Made by a program: the position numbers and the translations under genes. The notes below the pieces were generated by a model. That model was not told where the DNA came from, searched no databases, and saw only the letters and a program-made list of their open reading frames with translations. A DNA stretch of 64,000 nucleotides from NCBI GenBank assembly GCA_951406725.2, contig OX597816.1, positions 114,328,001-114,392,000 of the forward strand, read 5' to 3'. Numbering within the stretch: the stretch's first letter is position 1; every line of letters starts with the position of its first letter. This DNA comes from Octopus vulgaris (Eukaryota). Below, one piece after another: positions 12,803-25,214 of this stretch.

Positions 12803-13025
12803 ACATTATCATACCATTGAAACCTAATTTATTTTGCAAGAAGGACGTATAATACAGCTTCAAAAGGCTACTTATGTTGAGCTCCTGAAGAAAACTGCAA
12901 AAATCTGGATCTACTGTTCCCTCCTTCAAGCAAATACTATAAATCATTCAAAAAATAAAGATTGCATAACTATGGAAGCAGATGATGAGGACATATCGAT
13001 TCATCACTTTAATACATTTGTATGC

Positions 13026-13081
<56 letters not shown>

Positions 13082-14794
13082 ATATATATACTTGGAATCC
13101 TGGGGTAGATCAACAATTTGTATTGGATTGTCTATGTGTATCTATATGTGGATAGATGTGTAGGTGTATATATGCATGCTTACAGTATGTAACCAGCAAA
13201 ATAGCAATTTTAAATTGCTCCTGAGTATTATAAGCCTAGCACCCGGCATTTCCTGACATCCTATATCTCAAGATACCAAGATTCTAATGAATCCTGCAAC
13301 CAAACACACATATATATATATAATATATAACACACACACACACACAAAAGAAAGAAAAAGAAACTTTTAGTCATCAAGTCTCCGCTCAACAAATTTTCTA
13401 TTGCTTTGAAAATAGGGACCAGAAGTTTTCAATCTTTGGACAACACAGCCATTAAATGGAGGAGTTGAACAAAAATGAAAAGGTAAATTAATACTCTTTT
13501 CAGTCTGTGATTCACTGGTTTCTATGTCATAGGTCTGCCTGAATAGAGATAATCAAAGCAATTTGAAAACAACTTACACACATGCACCCATGTATGAATC
13601 TTCTTTAAATATATTTAATATTCAACATATATTTTAAATACATACAATATAAAAATATGTGTATGCATGCATTCTCAATTATCTGTAGTTGAGTGAGTGT
13701 GCATGTATATATATTTATATATAGATGTTAGTATACATACATGCATGTGTTCAGGCATACATGTATATATATATCCCAACATATCAATAAATACAAATAT
13801 AAACATGAATGTGTGTATATATTTATATATATTTAGAGTATATTTAGAGAAAAACAATTTTACACACACACACACTATTTGATACACACACATATATGTA
13901 TATATATACACATATATATGCCATTTATGTATACATGCAAGTAGGAATGTATGTATATACATATAAATGTCTGTATGTATGTCATGTTTGTATGTATATC
14001 CATCCAATATTGTCAGGAATGTATGCCGTACACAGAGTAGCAAAAACTGCCACAATATTTATATTTAGATATTTATTCTACAGACTTAGAAATAAGATCT
14101 ATGATCTAAGAGATTTGGTAAATTTATGGAAATTTAATCTTCCCTCAAATTATTATGTATTTACATTGGATTTTCTCCCTCTTAGTCTAGGAATTAACTA
14201 CCAATATAATAGGTTTAATTTTGGGAATAAAGCAAATAAACCAATATCTTATTTTTTGTTCTTTTCTTCCCTTTCTTTCTTTTATATAATTCAGAGAGAG
14301 ACTATCTACAAAATTCTTCATTTTTGTTTATAAATGATGCACAGCAAATGCATGAGCACTCTATGTACATATGCACTGCACACAGACATTCTAGCATAGT
14401 ACCCAACAAAAATGATGGGGTTTACTCCTGTCTCTTTGTCTGTCTCCTTCAAGCTTTGTTCCATTTTCTTATTGGGTTTCATTTTGTCTACTTTCAGTTA
14501 ATTCACTATTTCCTCTCTTTTCACTTTCATTTTTCAGTCTCTGCCTGTGCTTCATGATCTGCTCGCTTGACTGAAGACTTTCTCATTCTCACACCTAACT
14601 TTCTTTTCCAAATCACTGAATACAGCTACTATTTTCTCTCTCCACAGAAAGTGTAGTAAATCAACAAACAAAAAAGTGATCCTTGTATATATGGACATAT
14701 GCTTGGATAGCTTTAATAGGAGAGGGATAACAAGAGTCAAGAATGGATCTGATTTTCAAAGAACTAACTCATCTTAACTCATTGGTTTGTGTGA

Positions 14795-15110
14795 ATGGAT
14801 GGAGTGAGGAAAGCTTTAGTGGTTAGATGTGTTGGATTGAGAGAGGCAAGAGAGTTTATGAATGATAGGAAAGCTTGGAGAGTGTTTGTGGACGGATGAG
14901 TGAATTTGATGTTGCTCAAAGAGGTACAGAACCAGTGTGATGCAACAGGGCTAAACCAACATATGCCGTTGGGTCCCACTGCTGATATTGGGGGTGCGTT
15001 CTGTGTGACTGAAGCATAGAACGGAGCTTGCCTCTTTGAGCTGGTAAATGAATAGAATGCCTGGTGTCTGTCTTGTGGCTACCCTCTCCTAAAAAAAATT
15101 GAAAAATAGG
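14795..15110 (+). mobile_element. RTE-clade LINE 3' fragment
   Basis: 14795-14899 encodes MDGVRKALVVRCVGLREAREFMNDRKAWRVFVDG*, matching the RTE ORF C-terminal pattern (..DGV..DR..WR..V). A GC-richer putative 3' UTR follows. Confidence 0.65.
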
Positions 15111-15427
15111 CCTGGGTATATAAAAAAGAAAAAAATGTATAACATTGTATTGCATCAACCAAAATGAGAATGAGGATATTGATATTAAAGGAACTCATGG
15201 TTGGAAACATGTTTTATTTTCATATCAAAAAATTACTTTCTTTCCTCCTCTGTCTGTCTGTCTGTCTCTCTCTCACTCACACACATTTTTCTACTTTCCC
15301 TCTGCCAAATTCTACATATAAGGCTTTGATTAACCTACAGCTATAGAAGACACCTATTGGCAGTGACTGCTCAATGATAATGAAACTTCAGCCATGTGGT
15401 TACAAAGTGAACTTATGATGATAAACC

Positions 15428-15725
15428 ATGCCTGTGGCTAGTGGCTAGGGCATTGTACTTGCAATTGTGAGATTGTGGTTTTGATTCCCAGACCAGTGGT
15501 GCATTGTTTTCTTGAGCAAAACACTTCATTTCTCTTTGCTCTGCAATCATTTTGACATCTGACATGTGGCACATATGTGCACCTGTACTGGCAATGTCAA
15601 TTTGACGGCGGAAGCGAGCTTATGATTTGTTTATAGTGATCAAACGTTTGTGTTCATGGAACACAAACATTTGATCAGCAAGAAATTGTGAAGCCCTCAT
15701 CCATCATCTAATGAAAGGAGAGTCT
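15428..15725 (+). mobile_element. SINE family D-related copy
   Basis: Head shared with the 47786 copy (gattgtggttttgattc..cttgagcaaaacacttcatttc); different tail. Confidence 0.7.
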
Positions 15726-16710
15726 ATAAGAAATATGTGTGTGTGTTTGTGAGTATGCATGTTTGAAATTATTTATATATAAACACAGACAAGTGAAGAA
15801 AAATACACCTGTATTTTGGTCTTTTTAAAATTTTGATGATTATATCCCTGTGTGAAACTACTAAAATTCTGCTACTGTATAATAAACTAGCTCTGTGAAT
15901 AACTCCATGCAGAAAAAATATATATATATTGTTTTTTTAAAGCCCCAAAAGATTAGAACACCAAATGGTAAACCCTAAAAATATGTTCCTATTCTGCTTC
16001 TGCTTCAGAAGTATTGATTAGGTTTCTACTCTCTTTTAGAAAAAGGCAGAAAAAGATATTTCACAACATGAGTAATTGAATTAACTTCTGATGGCATTGG
16101 AAAGTAGATTATTTAAAATTTAATCATATGGTTTGAGTAAGAAGAAAGTCTTGGAGAATAAATCCTTCAAAGAGGAATGGCTACTTGAAATTTCTGTTTC
16201 TTTGCCATTTTTGTTTTCTCTTTTTGTCTTTAAATTTTATCTTATATTTGTTATTTCTTTTCTTTGTTTTTTTTTGTTTGTTTGTTTTATTTTCTCCTCC
16301 CTTTATAATATATGTTTCCTTCATAAAATCAAAGTTGCCAACTAACTCCGATAAATCAATTTCATTATTTGAACAGTCGTTCAGCAAATATAATATTTTT
16401 CTTATTCTTGTTCGAATGTTTATTTTATTATATCTTTCTTTTTTTTTTTTGCTGTTGTTTTAGTTGCTTTAGTATTCCTTTTTATTTTCAATTTGTTAAT
16501 AAATTTAATATACAATGTCCCCTCAGAAGATATAAAGTAGACTTCATATTAATCTTTTTTAAAAGTATATTAAAATCACACATTATATATACACATAAAT
16601 ATATATATATAATATATATATACATATATATATATAATATTATATTTTATATATATATATATACATATATATATATAATATTATATTTTATATATATATA
16701 TATAATATTA

Positions 16711-16742
<32 letters not shown>

Positions 16743-16794
16743 TAATACATACATATACACAAGTACATATGTGTAGAATATATATATATATATA

Positions 16795-16837
<43 letters not shown>

Positions 16838-17438
16838 CATACTAAGACAGCTACATATCCCATATGTATACATAAATGCTTATACATACATATATCAACA
16901 TACACACACATATATATACAGACACATACACATCTATATCTTTATATGTATGTATACACCAACATGAACAAAGATGATGTAGTTTAAATTTCACTTAATT
17001 CCATCAATTTCTCTCTCTATTTTGCTCAGTTAAATATCAATTTCTTTCAATTGAAAACCAGATTTTTCCATGTTTGTTTGCTATAATAATGGGGCAATGA
17101 ATAACAAAATAGATATAGTAATAATAATACAAACCGCCCCCCTCCATGATGATGGTGAGGCTTCTGCTACCAAGAGCAATAACAATAGTGATAATAATAA
17201 TTTTTAGTATTAATTTATTAAAAGTAGCCTGTTTTTCCTAGGTATGGTGAGAGAGAGAGAGAGAGAGTGTGGAGGTATTCAAAATGACATCAGTTTATAA
17301 TAAATATTCACTTAATTGTTTTCTGAGGTCTGTTAGTTGTCCCTGCCCCTCATCCCTTTCTGCTTTAACCTGTTGGGTCTGGAGGAAGTTGTTGTGACCT
17401 TAGCTTTGCAGCCCCTCTTAGACTGGTGAGAGTCATAC

Positions 17439-17474
17439 CTTTAATGTTTCTCTTGAGCCTTTGTTAGTCAACAC
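17439..17474 (-). CDS. Candidate 36-nt phase 0-0 exon (VLTNKGSRETLK)
   Basis: Acceptor tattttctcgcag and donor AAG|gtatga. Only phase 0 is open; read-through gives V-stop. Confidence 0.45.
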
Positions 17475-17575
17475 CTGCGAGAAAATATACGAGCAGGTAG
17501 GGAATTCCAGACAGCCCTTTGGATATATAATCATAATGCATCAAAATAGAGCTCATACAGCCCATTATCTGTACC

Positions 17576-17645
17576 CAGGGCCATCTTAAGGCACGAGCAC
17601 ACTGGACAGTTGCTCAGGGGCCTCATGGATCAAGGAGACCAATTC

Positions 17646-17688
<43 letters not shown>

Positions 17689-17719
17689 TATATACATATA
17701 TATATACATATATATATAC

Positions 17720-17794
<75 letters not shown>

Positions 17795-17809
17795 CATATA
17801 TATATATAC

Positions 17810-17858
<49 letters not shown>

Positions 17859-17941
17859 GGCTTGCTGTTAATAAAAAATAATATAGGGTCCCAAGGCATC
17901 GATTTGTCCATGGGGTCCATAATGCTGCTAACACAGCCCTG
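17576..17941. mobile_element. hAT (Tip100-like) MITE with internal (TA)n expansion
   Basis: CAGGGCCATCTTA...TAACACAGCCCTG, TSD tctgtacc/tctgtatg; paralogue at 51988-52151. Confidence 0.7.
17650..17855. repeat. Long (TA)n with periodic CA interruptions
   Basis: Directly visible; includes repeated catatatatata units. Confidence 0.95.
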
Positions 17942-18339
17942 TCTGTATGAAATTTACAACACTGACAATATCAGAAATAAAAAAAAACCATTGATGATGG
18001 AGGAAGTAAAGTTGATACAAAGGTTCAAAATGTCACACCTGTAAAATAAATACTAATTGATTTGAAGCCTTCGTGAAAGACTGCGTTATAAATAAAAATT
18101 AACGTTAAGGATTTTTAACACTGTTTCAATTTGCTATATCTCAATTCTTGACTGGTACAGTGGAAGGATAAAAGACAAAATCCACAGTTGTGGGGAATTT
18201 GAATTCAGAACATGATGAGGTGTTACTAAATACTGCACTCTACTAATTCTACCAATCTTGAAATGCTACTGAATATAAATTTTACTTTAATTCCAATTAT
18301 TGCAAACCTATCAAGAAAAACGTTTCCAATTCAATTAAG

Positions 18340-18464
18340 CAAGTGTGCTATACTTTAGACATTCACAGAAGATCTATACCTTCAAAAGAGTCCTCTTTGT
18401 CCAAGTGTGCCATACTTTAGACATTCACAGAAGATCTACACCTTCAAAAGAGACCTCTTTGGCC
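18340..18464. repeat. Tandem duplication, 62-bp unit x2
   Basis: caagtgtgc(t/c)atactttagacattcacagaagatcta(t/c)accttcaaaagag.. at 18340 and 18402. Confidence 0.9.
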
Positions 18465-18681
18465 AGAACAATCTGGCAATATTTACTTAACATTTTACTG
18501 GATGATCACAAACTTCTCTAACTGGTCTTTTGTAATTTTAAGCCATTTTATTGATGCATCAAGGAATCATAAGTGGCATCCAATGAACATGGTGCAGAGG
18601 AAAATACTTATTGTGATCACTTAGCAACAGAGACTTTTAGATAACAATAACCGACTAATAACATTAAGGAGAGAAAGTAAC

Positions 18682-19045
18682 ATCATCATCATCATTGTTT
18701 AACATCCGCTTTCCATGCTGGTATGAGTTGGATGGTCTGACCGAGGACTGGCAAGCCAGTGGGCTGCACTCGGCTCCAACCTGATCTGGCAAAGTTTCTA
18801 CAGTTGGACACCCTTCCTAACACCAACCACTCTGAGAGTGTAAGTGGGTGCTTTTTACATGCCACCAGCACGGGAGCCAGTCAAACAGCATTGGCATCAA
18901 TCACGTTCTTTCAGTTTCTGTCTACTAAATCCACTCACAAGGCTTTGGTCGGCCCGAAGCTATAGTAGAAGACACTTGCCCAAGGTGCCACGAAGTGGAA
19001 CTGAACCCAGACCCAAGTGGTTGGGAAGCAAGCTTCTTACCACTT
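18682..19045 (-). mobile_element. SINE: family A head joined to family B (GAT)n tail
   Basis: 18905-19045 is the A head; 18682-18900 is the B body ending in (CAT)n on plus. Confidence 0.8.
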
Positions 19046-19326
19046 GTATTTTTCATTTGTACTCTTCCAAGTTTACAAAGAGTAGTTCAGCTCCAGAACT
19101 GTCATTGAAGTAAAGGAATTCAGAAGCAATATTCAGTAGAATATTCTAATTTCTATTCACTTTCTACTGTCCCTTACTAAGTACTAAGCCCTTACTAAGC
19201 CCTCAATTTCGGGTTGTAAATGTAAGATGATATTTAATGAAAGTTATGTATTCTTAGCCTTCTCTTCATTCAGGTTGAGAAGTATTTAATGTCCACAAGC
19301 AATGATAATTTGATCGGATGATAAAG

Positions 19327-19360
<34 letters not shown>

Positions 19361-20554
19361 TTAAGGGAAGCTGTGTTCGTGTGGATGCTTAAAATAAAAG
19401 GAAAACGCAAGCAAATAATAATAAAATTATAATAATAATTTCATTTATTTGTCACCAGGGCGATGGATGAGGGGAACAATACACAGACAGACATAAAGCG
19501 TTTTACATATAATGAAATGATAAAATAATTAAATAAGTAAAAAAAAAAAACCAATTAATAATAATGATTTCTTTTAGCGCAAAACGCAAGCAGATAATAA
19601 TAATAATAATAATAATAATAAAATAAATAAATAAATAAATAAATCCATCGTGCAGGTCAGTGACCAAAGCCCTACTTCTCGTTATAAACAACTCGCCGGT
19701 TATTCTTCAGTCATAATGTATAGAAGATTTTTTAAAAGCTAGTGGAAGCGATGGGTCAGTTCACTTTGGTTGCTAATTCTGAAATGTCTAATGATTATAT
19801 GTAGAGGCTCCTTCATCGACTCGATGGAGCTTTTCGCGTGTGTAATTAACCGTCTAAATATATCTATTAGAAACAACATAATCTTGTTTTTCTCATGTTT
19901 GGATGTTTAACTGTACACATAATTAGCTCTATCGGATGATATCGAGTACTATTGATTACATATATACACATATATATGTATATATATAAGGATAATTAAA
20001 CGCAATAAAAGAGAGAGGTGGTGGTGGTGAGAAAATATATTTCTAAGGAAAAAAAAAGATTCCGCGTGTAAGAAAGATCGATTGCTCAATTATATGTGAT
20101 GGAGAGAATATGTGAAAAATAAAAAGAAAAGAAAATGTTATGCTTCAACTGTATACGCGCGAATGCGTAGATGTGGGCAAATTGAAAGAAAGGTTAAGCA
20201 AAAACTAAAATAGAATAAAATATATATTACGTAGATATAATGTATCGCTGTGCGAGTGTTTGCGTGGTAAAAAAATATAGAAAAGAAAGAATACGGTAAG
20301 AACTGAATGTGTTTGTGTTGATATGAAAAATGAAAAGCAGAGTATGTACTATGTTTTTTCAAATAGAATACTTATTTAGGAAACATAAAAAAAGCAAACA
20401 ATACAGCAGATCAAATCACCGTAATTTGGGGATAGCAAAACCAAAAAAATCGCTACCAAATACGATTAACCTTTGAACTATTGCAGAGGCCAGGCATTCT
20501 ACTCCAGATGGGACCTTCCCCAGCCATTCATGCAGTATAACATATGCAGTCAGA

Positions 20555-20598
<44 letters not shown>

Positions 20599-20749
20599 GC
20601 ACACTTTCCTATTTTTATGTATAAGCAGAATTGCCCAACAGACTTACTCCAAGGGGCTCCACTCCAGAACAAGTTAACGAGGATATCTCTCGGCAGTCGC
20701 TGGAACTGCTAGAAATATCAACTGAACCAACGTCAAGTTATAATCTTAC

Positions 20750-21100
20750 CATCTTGAAAAATTAAAGGACGTATGAGACAAATTTAGAGCTAGATATACA
20801 AAACGTATGATCGTCTGCGGAATTTTTAGAATAGTTGTCCAGCAGAAGTGTGGGTTGGGGGAACAAAACAGTAAAATTATAGGAGAAAAAACTGTTTTCA
20901 GATTCGTAATTCCCGTTGCATGAAAAGCAGGAATACTTAAGATAAATAAATAAAATAAAAAGAAAACTATTCCTTTTCTTTCCCATGAGATATGGGATTT
21001 TGAGGGACAACTTCGCCGGATTGTCTAACCAGAATATCTGTGATATAGTGAGTCAGCTCGAGCAGGGTTGACTTGAGGATAAAAACCAACAACAAGCTCC
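20750..21100 (-). other. Candidate alternative first exon ending in the start codon (ATG at 20752-20750); 5' boundary approximate
   Basis: Minus strand ...caagATG|gtaaga: A at -3 and a consensus donor, inside the CpG-retaining block. Phase 0 is compatible with the 17439-17474 exon. Confidence 0.4.
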
Positions 21101-21293
21101 ACGCCAAAAGATCATGAATTCAGGTGTCAAAAGTGATGCACGAGAGCAGGCGCGTGTTTGGGTACGCATGTGTGAGCCTATGCCAGTCTAAGCGTGAATA
21201 TAAGACAGTGGGGTTAGCTTTCTAAAAGCCCCTGCATTAGATATATTAACCGAAATAATTGTGGGGAAGAAAACGAGAGAGAAAAATCCTAGC

Positions 21294-21620
21294 CGGAGCA
21301 CGTTGTGGTGTTTAGGATGTTCGGTTTATGATCGTTAGATAGTGGTTTCAATTCCTGGACCGGGTTAGCTTTCTAAAGCAAAAGCGTTGTGTCCTTGAGT
21401 ATGGCGCTTTCTTTTTCGTTGCTCTAGGCCAGTCCGTTGAAAATCATTTGGTGCAGACCTCTCTCCCTTCAACTGTCACATCTTCGGTATTCCGTTGAGT
21501 GAAAGGGTGGAAGGGAGCGAGACTATGTGTGTGAGTGTTTGTCTGCACGCAACTAAATAGGCATCTAAAACAATTAACGAAAGTATGGTACATTCCACTC
21601 GATCGACGCTCTTGCGAGGT
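21294..21620 (+). mobile_element. SINE family D-related old copy
   Basis: gtggtttcaattcctggaccggg..gcgttgtgtccttgag..cgttgctc. Confidence 0.6.
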
Positions 21621-24198
21621 CAGTGATTAATAATCCTTTCTTATTTTGGCCCAAGCCAGTAATTTTGAGGGGTGGGAAAGTTGATTACGTTGACCCCCCA
21701 AGGCTCAACTAGTACTTATTTCATCAACCCTGAAAGAACGAAAGGCAAAATTACCCTCGTCGGAAAATGTGTGTGTGTATGTGTCCGATGTTTTCGTTAT
21801 TACCGATCGCATTGCACAAATTCACTCAACTTTCAAAACTATTTTGTGAGAGTGATGATGGAGAAATCAGTGGTTGTATTATTGATAACTAGTATGAGTG
21901 ATGATAATGATGACAATAATAATAATAGTTCGTTATTGCAGTGAATGAAGTCTACTAGAAAAGTTTTGCTCAGACCAGAAACAAAAATGAATTATATGAA
22001 GCTGAGATAATAATAATGATAATAATAACAACAATAATGATTTGGGTTGATAAAAAGTATTTAAGACTTAATAAACCCGAAGAGGAGAGTTGAATAAATT
22101 TATTGTTAACACCAGCCTAGTACACAGTTCTTATTCAGACATAGTATATATATCTTAGACAACATTATCTTCTGTTGGGTTTTTTTCCCCACCGAGACAG
22201 TCGGATTTAATTTTAAGGACACTTAGCTGCTGTTTGTAGCAGATTGAGCGATCATGTTGAGGCTCTGTTGTTGACCCGTCTCTGAATAGATAAGTTGATA
22301 AAGCTGCAGTAGCAGGAGCGGTAATATCGATAGTCTAACAATGATGGGATATCGGACGGGAAAAATACTAAGAAATGTCAGAAACATATAAATGATGACC
22401 AGCAGGGCGGAAAGGATCAGTGGAAATTGTAGTAAGGCGCGACAAAAACTAAGTTGTGAGGGTACATGGAATTTTATTGAGATAATGAAGATAGGTTTTC
22501 ATAGGTTGTTTGTGTAGAATTAAGAGTCGATAGGCAGCTACCAAGAAAGGTAAGCTTTTTTTTCCTTTTATTGGATAAAATAATTAAGGAAATGAATGGG
22601 CGTTTTAAGATTAAGTGTTTTGTTCAGCTCCCGAGCAAACCGAAAACTAAATTGTCCCCAAGATCTCGTATTTTTTTGTATATCTAAAATCACAATGTCC
22701 AAGGTGCCTTTTTTCTTTTCTTTTCATTTTTTTTTTTAAAGATGGTAAAATGTGATTTAAGAGATTTAGCTGCGATTTTTTTTTTTTAGTTTGGACGAAC
22801 GAGCACGAAGAGACTCACGTTTGGTCCGTTGGTTGTATTAAAAAACGTTGAAGTAGAAGTGTAAGCGCGTGAGAGTGTATGTGTGTGCGCGCATGAGAAT
22901 GAGTGACCATTGACCAGTGAGCAACCAAACGTCCATTCATTCACCTCTTTTACTCACAGTCCAAAGAAACTGACTTCATTGCAGAAATAAATCAAGATGA
23001 ATCAAGACAAGTTTAATCAAAATCAGAAAAAAAGTCACTCAGTTAAAGGGAGATAACTCATTAATTTAAACGAACGTGCAGAAGGCTTCCTATCTGACTA
23101 TGATAAAGAGATAATAGCAGAGAGGATATAGTAGTTATTGATAGCGAGTAATTAGTCTTTATTGTTATTGTAATTGTTGTCACTTTCATTATTGACACTA
23201 TTGCCGCTATTGGTATTCTTACTACTTTCGACACTTCAGCTGTTTGTATTGTTATGTACTGATTGATGGTGCTTACATCACACCCTTCAATCAGCGTAAA
23301 TAATATTTGCTATTTCATTTACACTACAAATATCATTGTCCTTGTGTCAAATAGGCATTAATTTCTTTTGTTGGGAACCATGAAAATGGCAATCAACTCC
23401 ACCCTCTCTTCCCCGCAAATACTTTTAATTCCTTTACTGTTGTTTAGCCCCAGGTCAGTGCTGGTCGAAGTGGCCTGTCTCCAGAGGAATTCCAACTACA
23501 GACAATCCTGCGTATTTTAGGTGTATATAAATTAAATTATTTAACAAGCCCTTCCTTTTTTTTTTGGCAGTGGGGTTTAATTTGAGTAAGAGTTGTTGCC
23601 TACTTTTAGTGACCACACAGTTGGTCCCTTCCTTGGTCTGCTATCATACATTGAGGTTTCTGTCACTGCTCCTATTGTTGTCATTGCTAAAGGTTGATAC
23701 TGTTATTGTGTGTGGTTAATAATGGTACAGACGTAAGTTGCTGATAGTGTGGTGGTTCTCTGCCAACCCACAACAAGATTGTCCGTTAATTTTGATCCGT
23801 ATCAATGTAACCAGTTGAGTGGGTTAGCGACTAAATCGTGCCGAAACGGGTGGACGGTTTGCGCGGATGTTATAAAAAAGAAAGATAATAACCCTGATGA
23901 TAGTGTTGGTGTAATTAGGAGTTGGAGGTGTCTAGCTAAGCTGGTGTGTTGGTGGTAAGTGGTTTCAATAAACAGTGGTAGTGGTGGCGGTGGCAGTAGT
24001 GGTTTTTAATCTTGAGTAGAAGAGACAATAACTAAAACGGTAGTATTGATGATTATGATGATGATGATGCTGATGACGACGACTATGGCGATAGTGATTA
24101 TGCTGTTGATGCTGCTTGTAATTATAAGGACAGAGAGGTGGTAGTGACAATGCCACCAGTGGTAGTAGTGATAGTGTGGTTGGAGAGTAAGTGATGTA

Positions 24199-24325
24199 GG
24201 TGGTGGTGGTGGTGGTGGAGGGGAAGGATTGCAGTGATGCTGGTGGCAGTTACAGTGGTGGTGGTGGTGGTGGAGGGGAAGGATTGCAGTGATGCTGGTG
24301 GCAGTTACAGTGGTGGTGGTGGTGG
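24199..24325. repeat. Tandem duplication, 55-bp unit containing (GGT)n
   Basis: ggaggggaaggattgcagtgatgctggtggcagttacagtgg twice. Confidence 0.85.
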
Positions 24326-24451
24326 TAGTGGTAGTTGTCAGTGTCATCAACTCGGAAGTAGAGGAGAAGAGTAAAAACTATATAGATGGGGAGGAAGTTG
24401 CAAAGGCTAGAGAAAGGCAAGCTAATGTTACATAGATGCAATCAAATTTAC

Positions 24452-24596
24452 ATAATTTAATGGGTGCATAGGCAGACAGGACTGCAGGAATGGAGGAGAT
24501 CCATCTGCTTGAAGGGAAGCACTTGGTGGTTGTGGTGGTGATGGTGGTGGTAGTACTGGTGGTGGTGGTGGTGGTGGCGATGTAGAAGAGAGCATT
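24452..24596 (-). CDS. Candidate proline-rich exon (MLSSTSPPPPPPPVLPPPSPPQPPSASLQADGSPPFLQSCLPMHPLNY)
   Basis: Acceptor cactttgcttcag, weak donor TAT|gtaaat, open frame phase 2 to 0. Partly (CCA)n low complexity. Confidence 0.22.
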
Positions 24597-24773
24597 CTGA
24601 AGCAAAGTGACATTTTTGGGTCATAGCAGCAAGGAATGGAAACTCTCTCTCTCTCTCTCTCTGGTAGGATGAAAGTAAAACAGGGCTGTCTCACTTCTTT
24701 GAGACTTGAAATTTAATCAAATTGAATGCAAAAACAATTTTTGAGAAAAAAATATAATTTTCATATAAATCTC

Positions 24774-24789
24774 ATTATTATTATTATTA

Positions 24790-24857
<68 letters not shown>
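24774..24857. repeat. (ATT)n microsatellite
   Basis: Directly visible. Confidence 0.95.
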
Positions 24858-25168
24858 GTTGTAGGGGATGTTAATTTATATATAAAGAAAACAAAAAAAA
24901 AAAAAGAAAGAAATGGAGATGTTGAATAAAAGCAATATGAGAGAATAAAAAAAATCTGAACCACAAAAACAATATAAATATGGGAGAAAAACTAAAATCA
25001 TAGCTCAGGCATATTTTGGGCAAACATACAAACGTGATTGGCTTATATACATATGTGTGTGTGTGTGTAATTGAATATAACATTATATTATAATTGAATT
25101 TAAAATACTATATATACATATGTCTATATCTATGTATATGTATATGCATATATATATATATATATAAA

Positions 25169-25214
<46 letters not shown>

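Larger units (their letters stand above)
19380..24100. promoter_or_regulatory. CpG-retaining (putatively hypomethylated) block, probable internal promoter
   Basis: CG dinucleotides are visibly frequent in unique sequence and old repeats here (e.g. tatacgcgcgaatgcg, ggcgcgtg, tgcgcgcatg, cactcgatcgacgc) and scarce outside. Judged by eye; boundaries approximate. Confidence 0.55.

Noticed and set aside
18340-18464. Direct repeats as a possible CRISPR-like array
   Set aside because: Two adjacent units with no spacers in eukaryotic DNA; a simple tandem duplication.
19660-19715. CTGAAGA..CGAGAA on the minus strand
   Set aside because: GAAA box broken and stems inconsistent.
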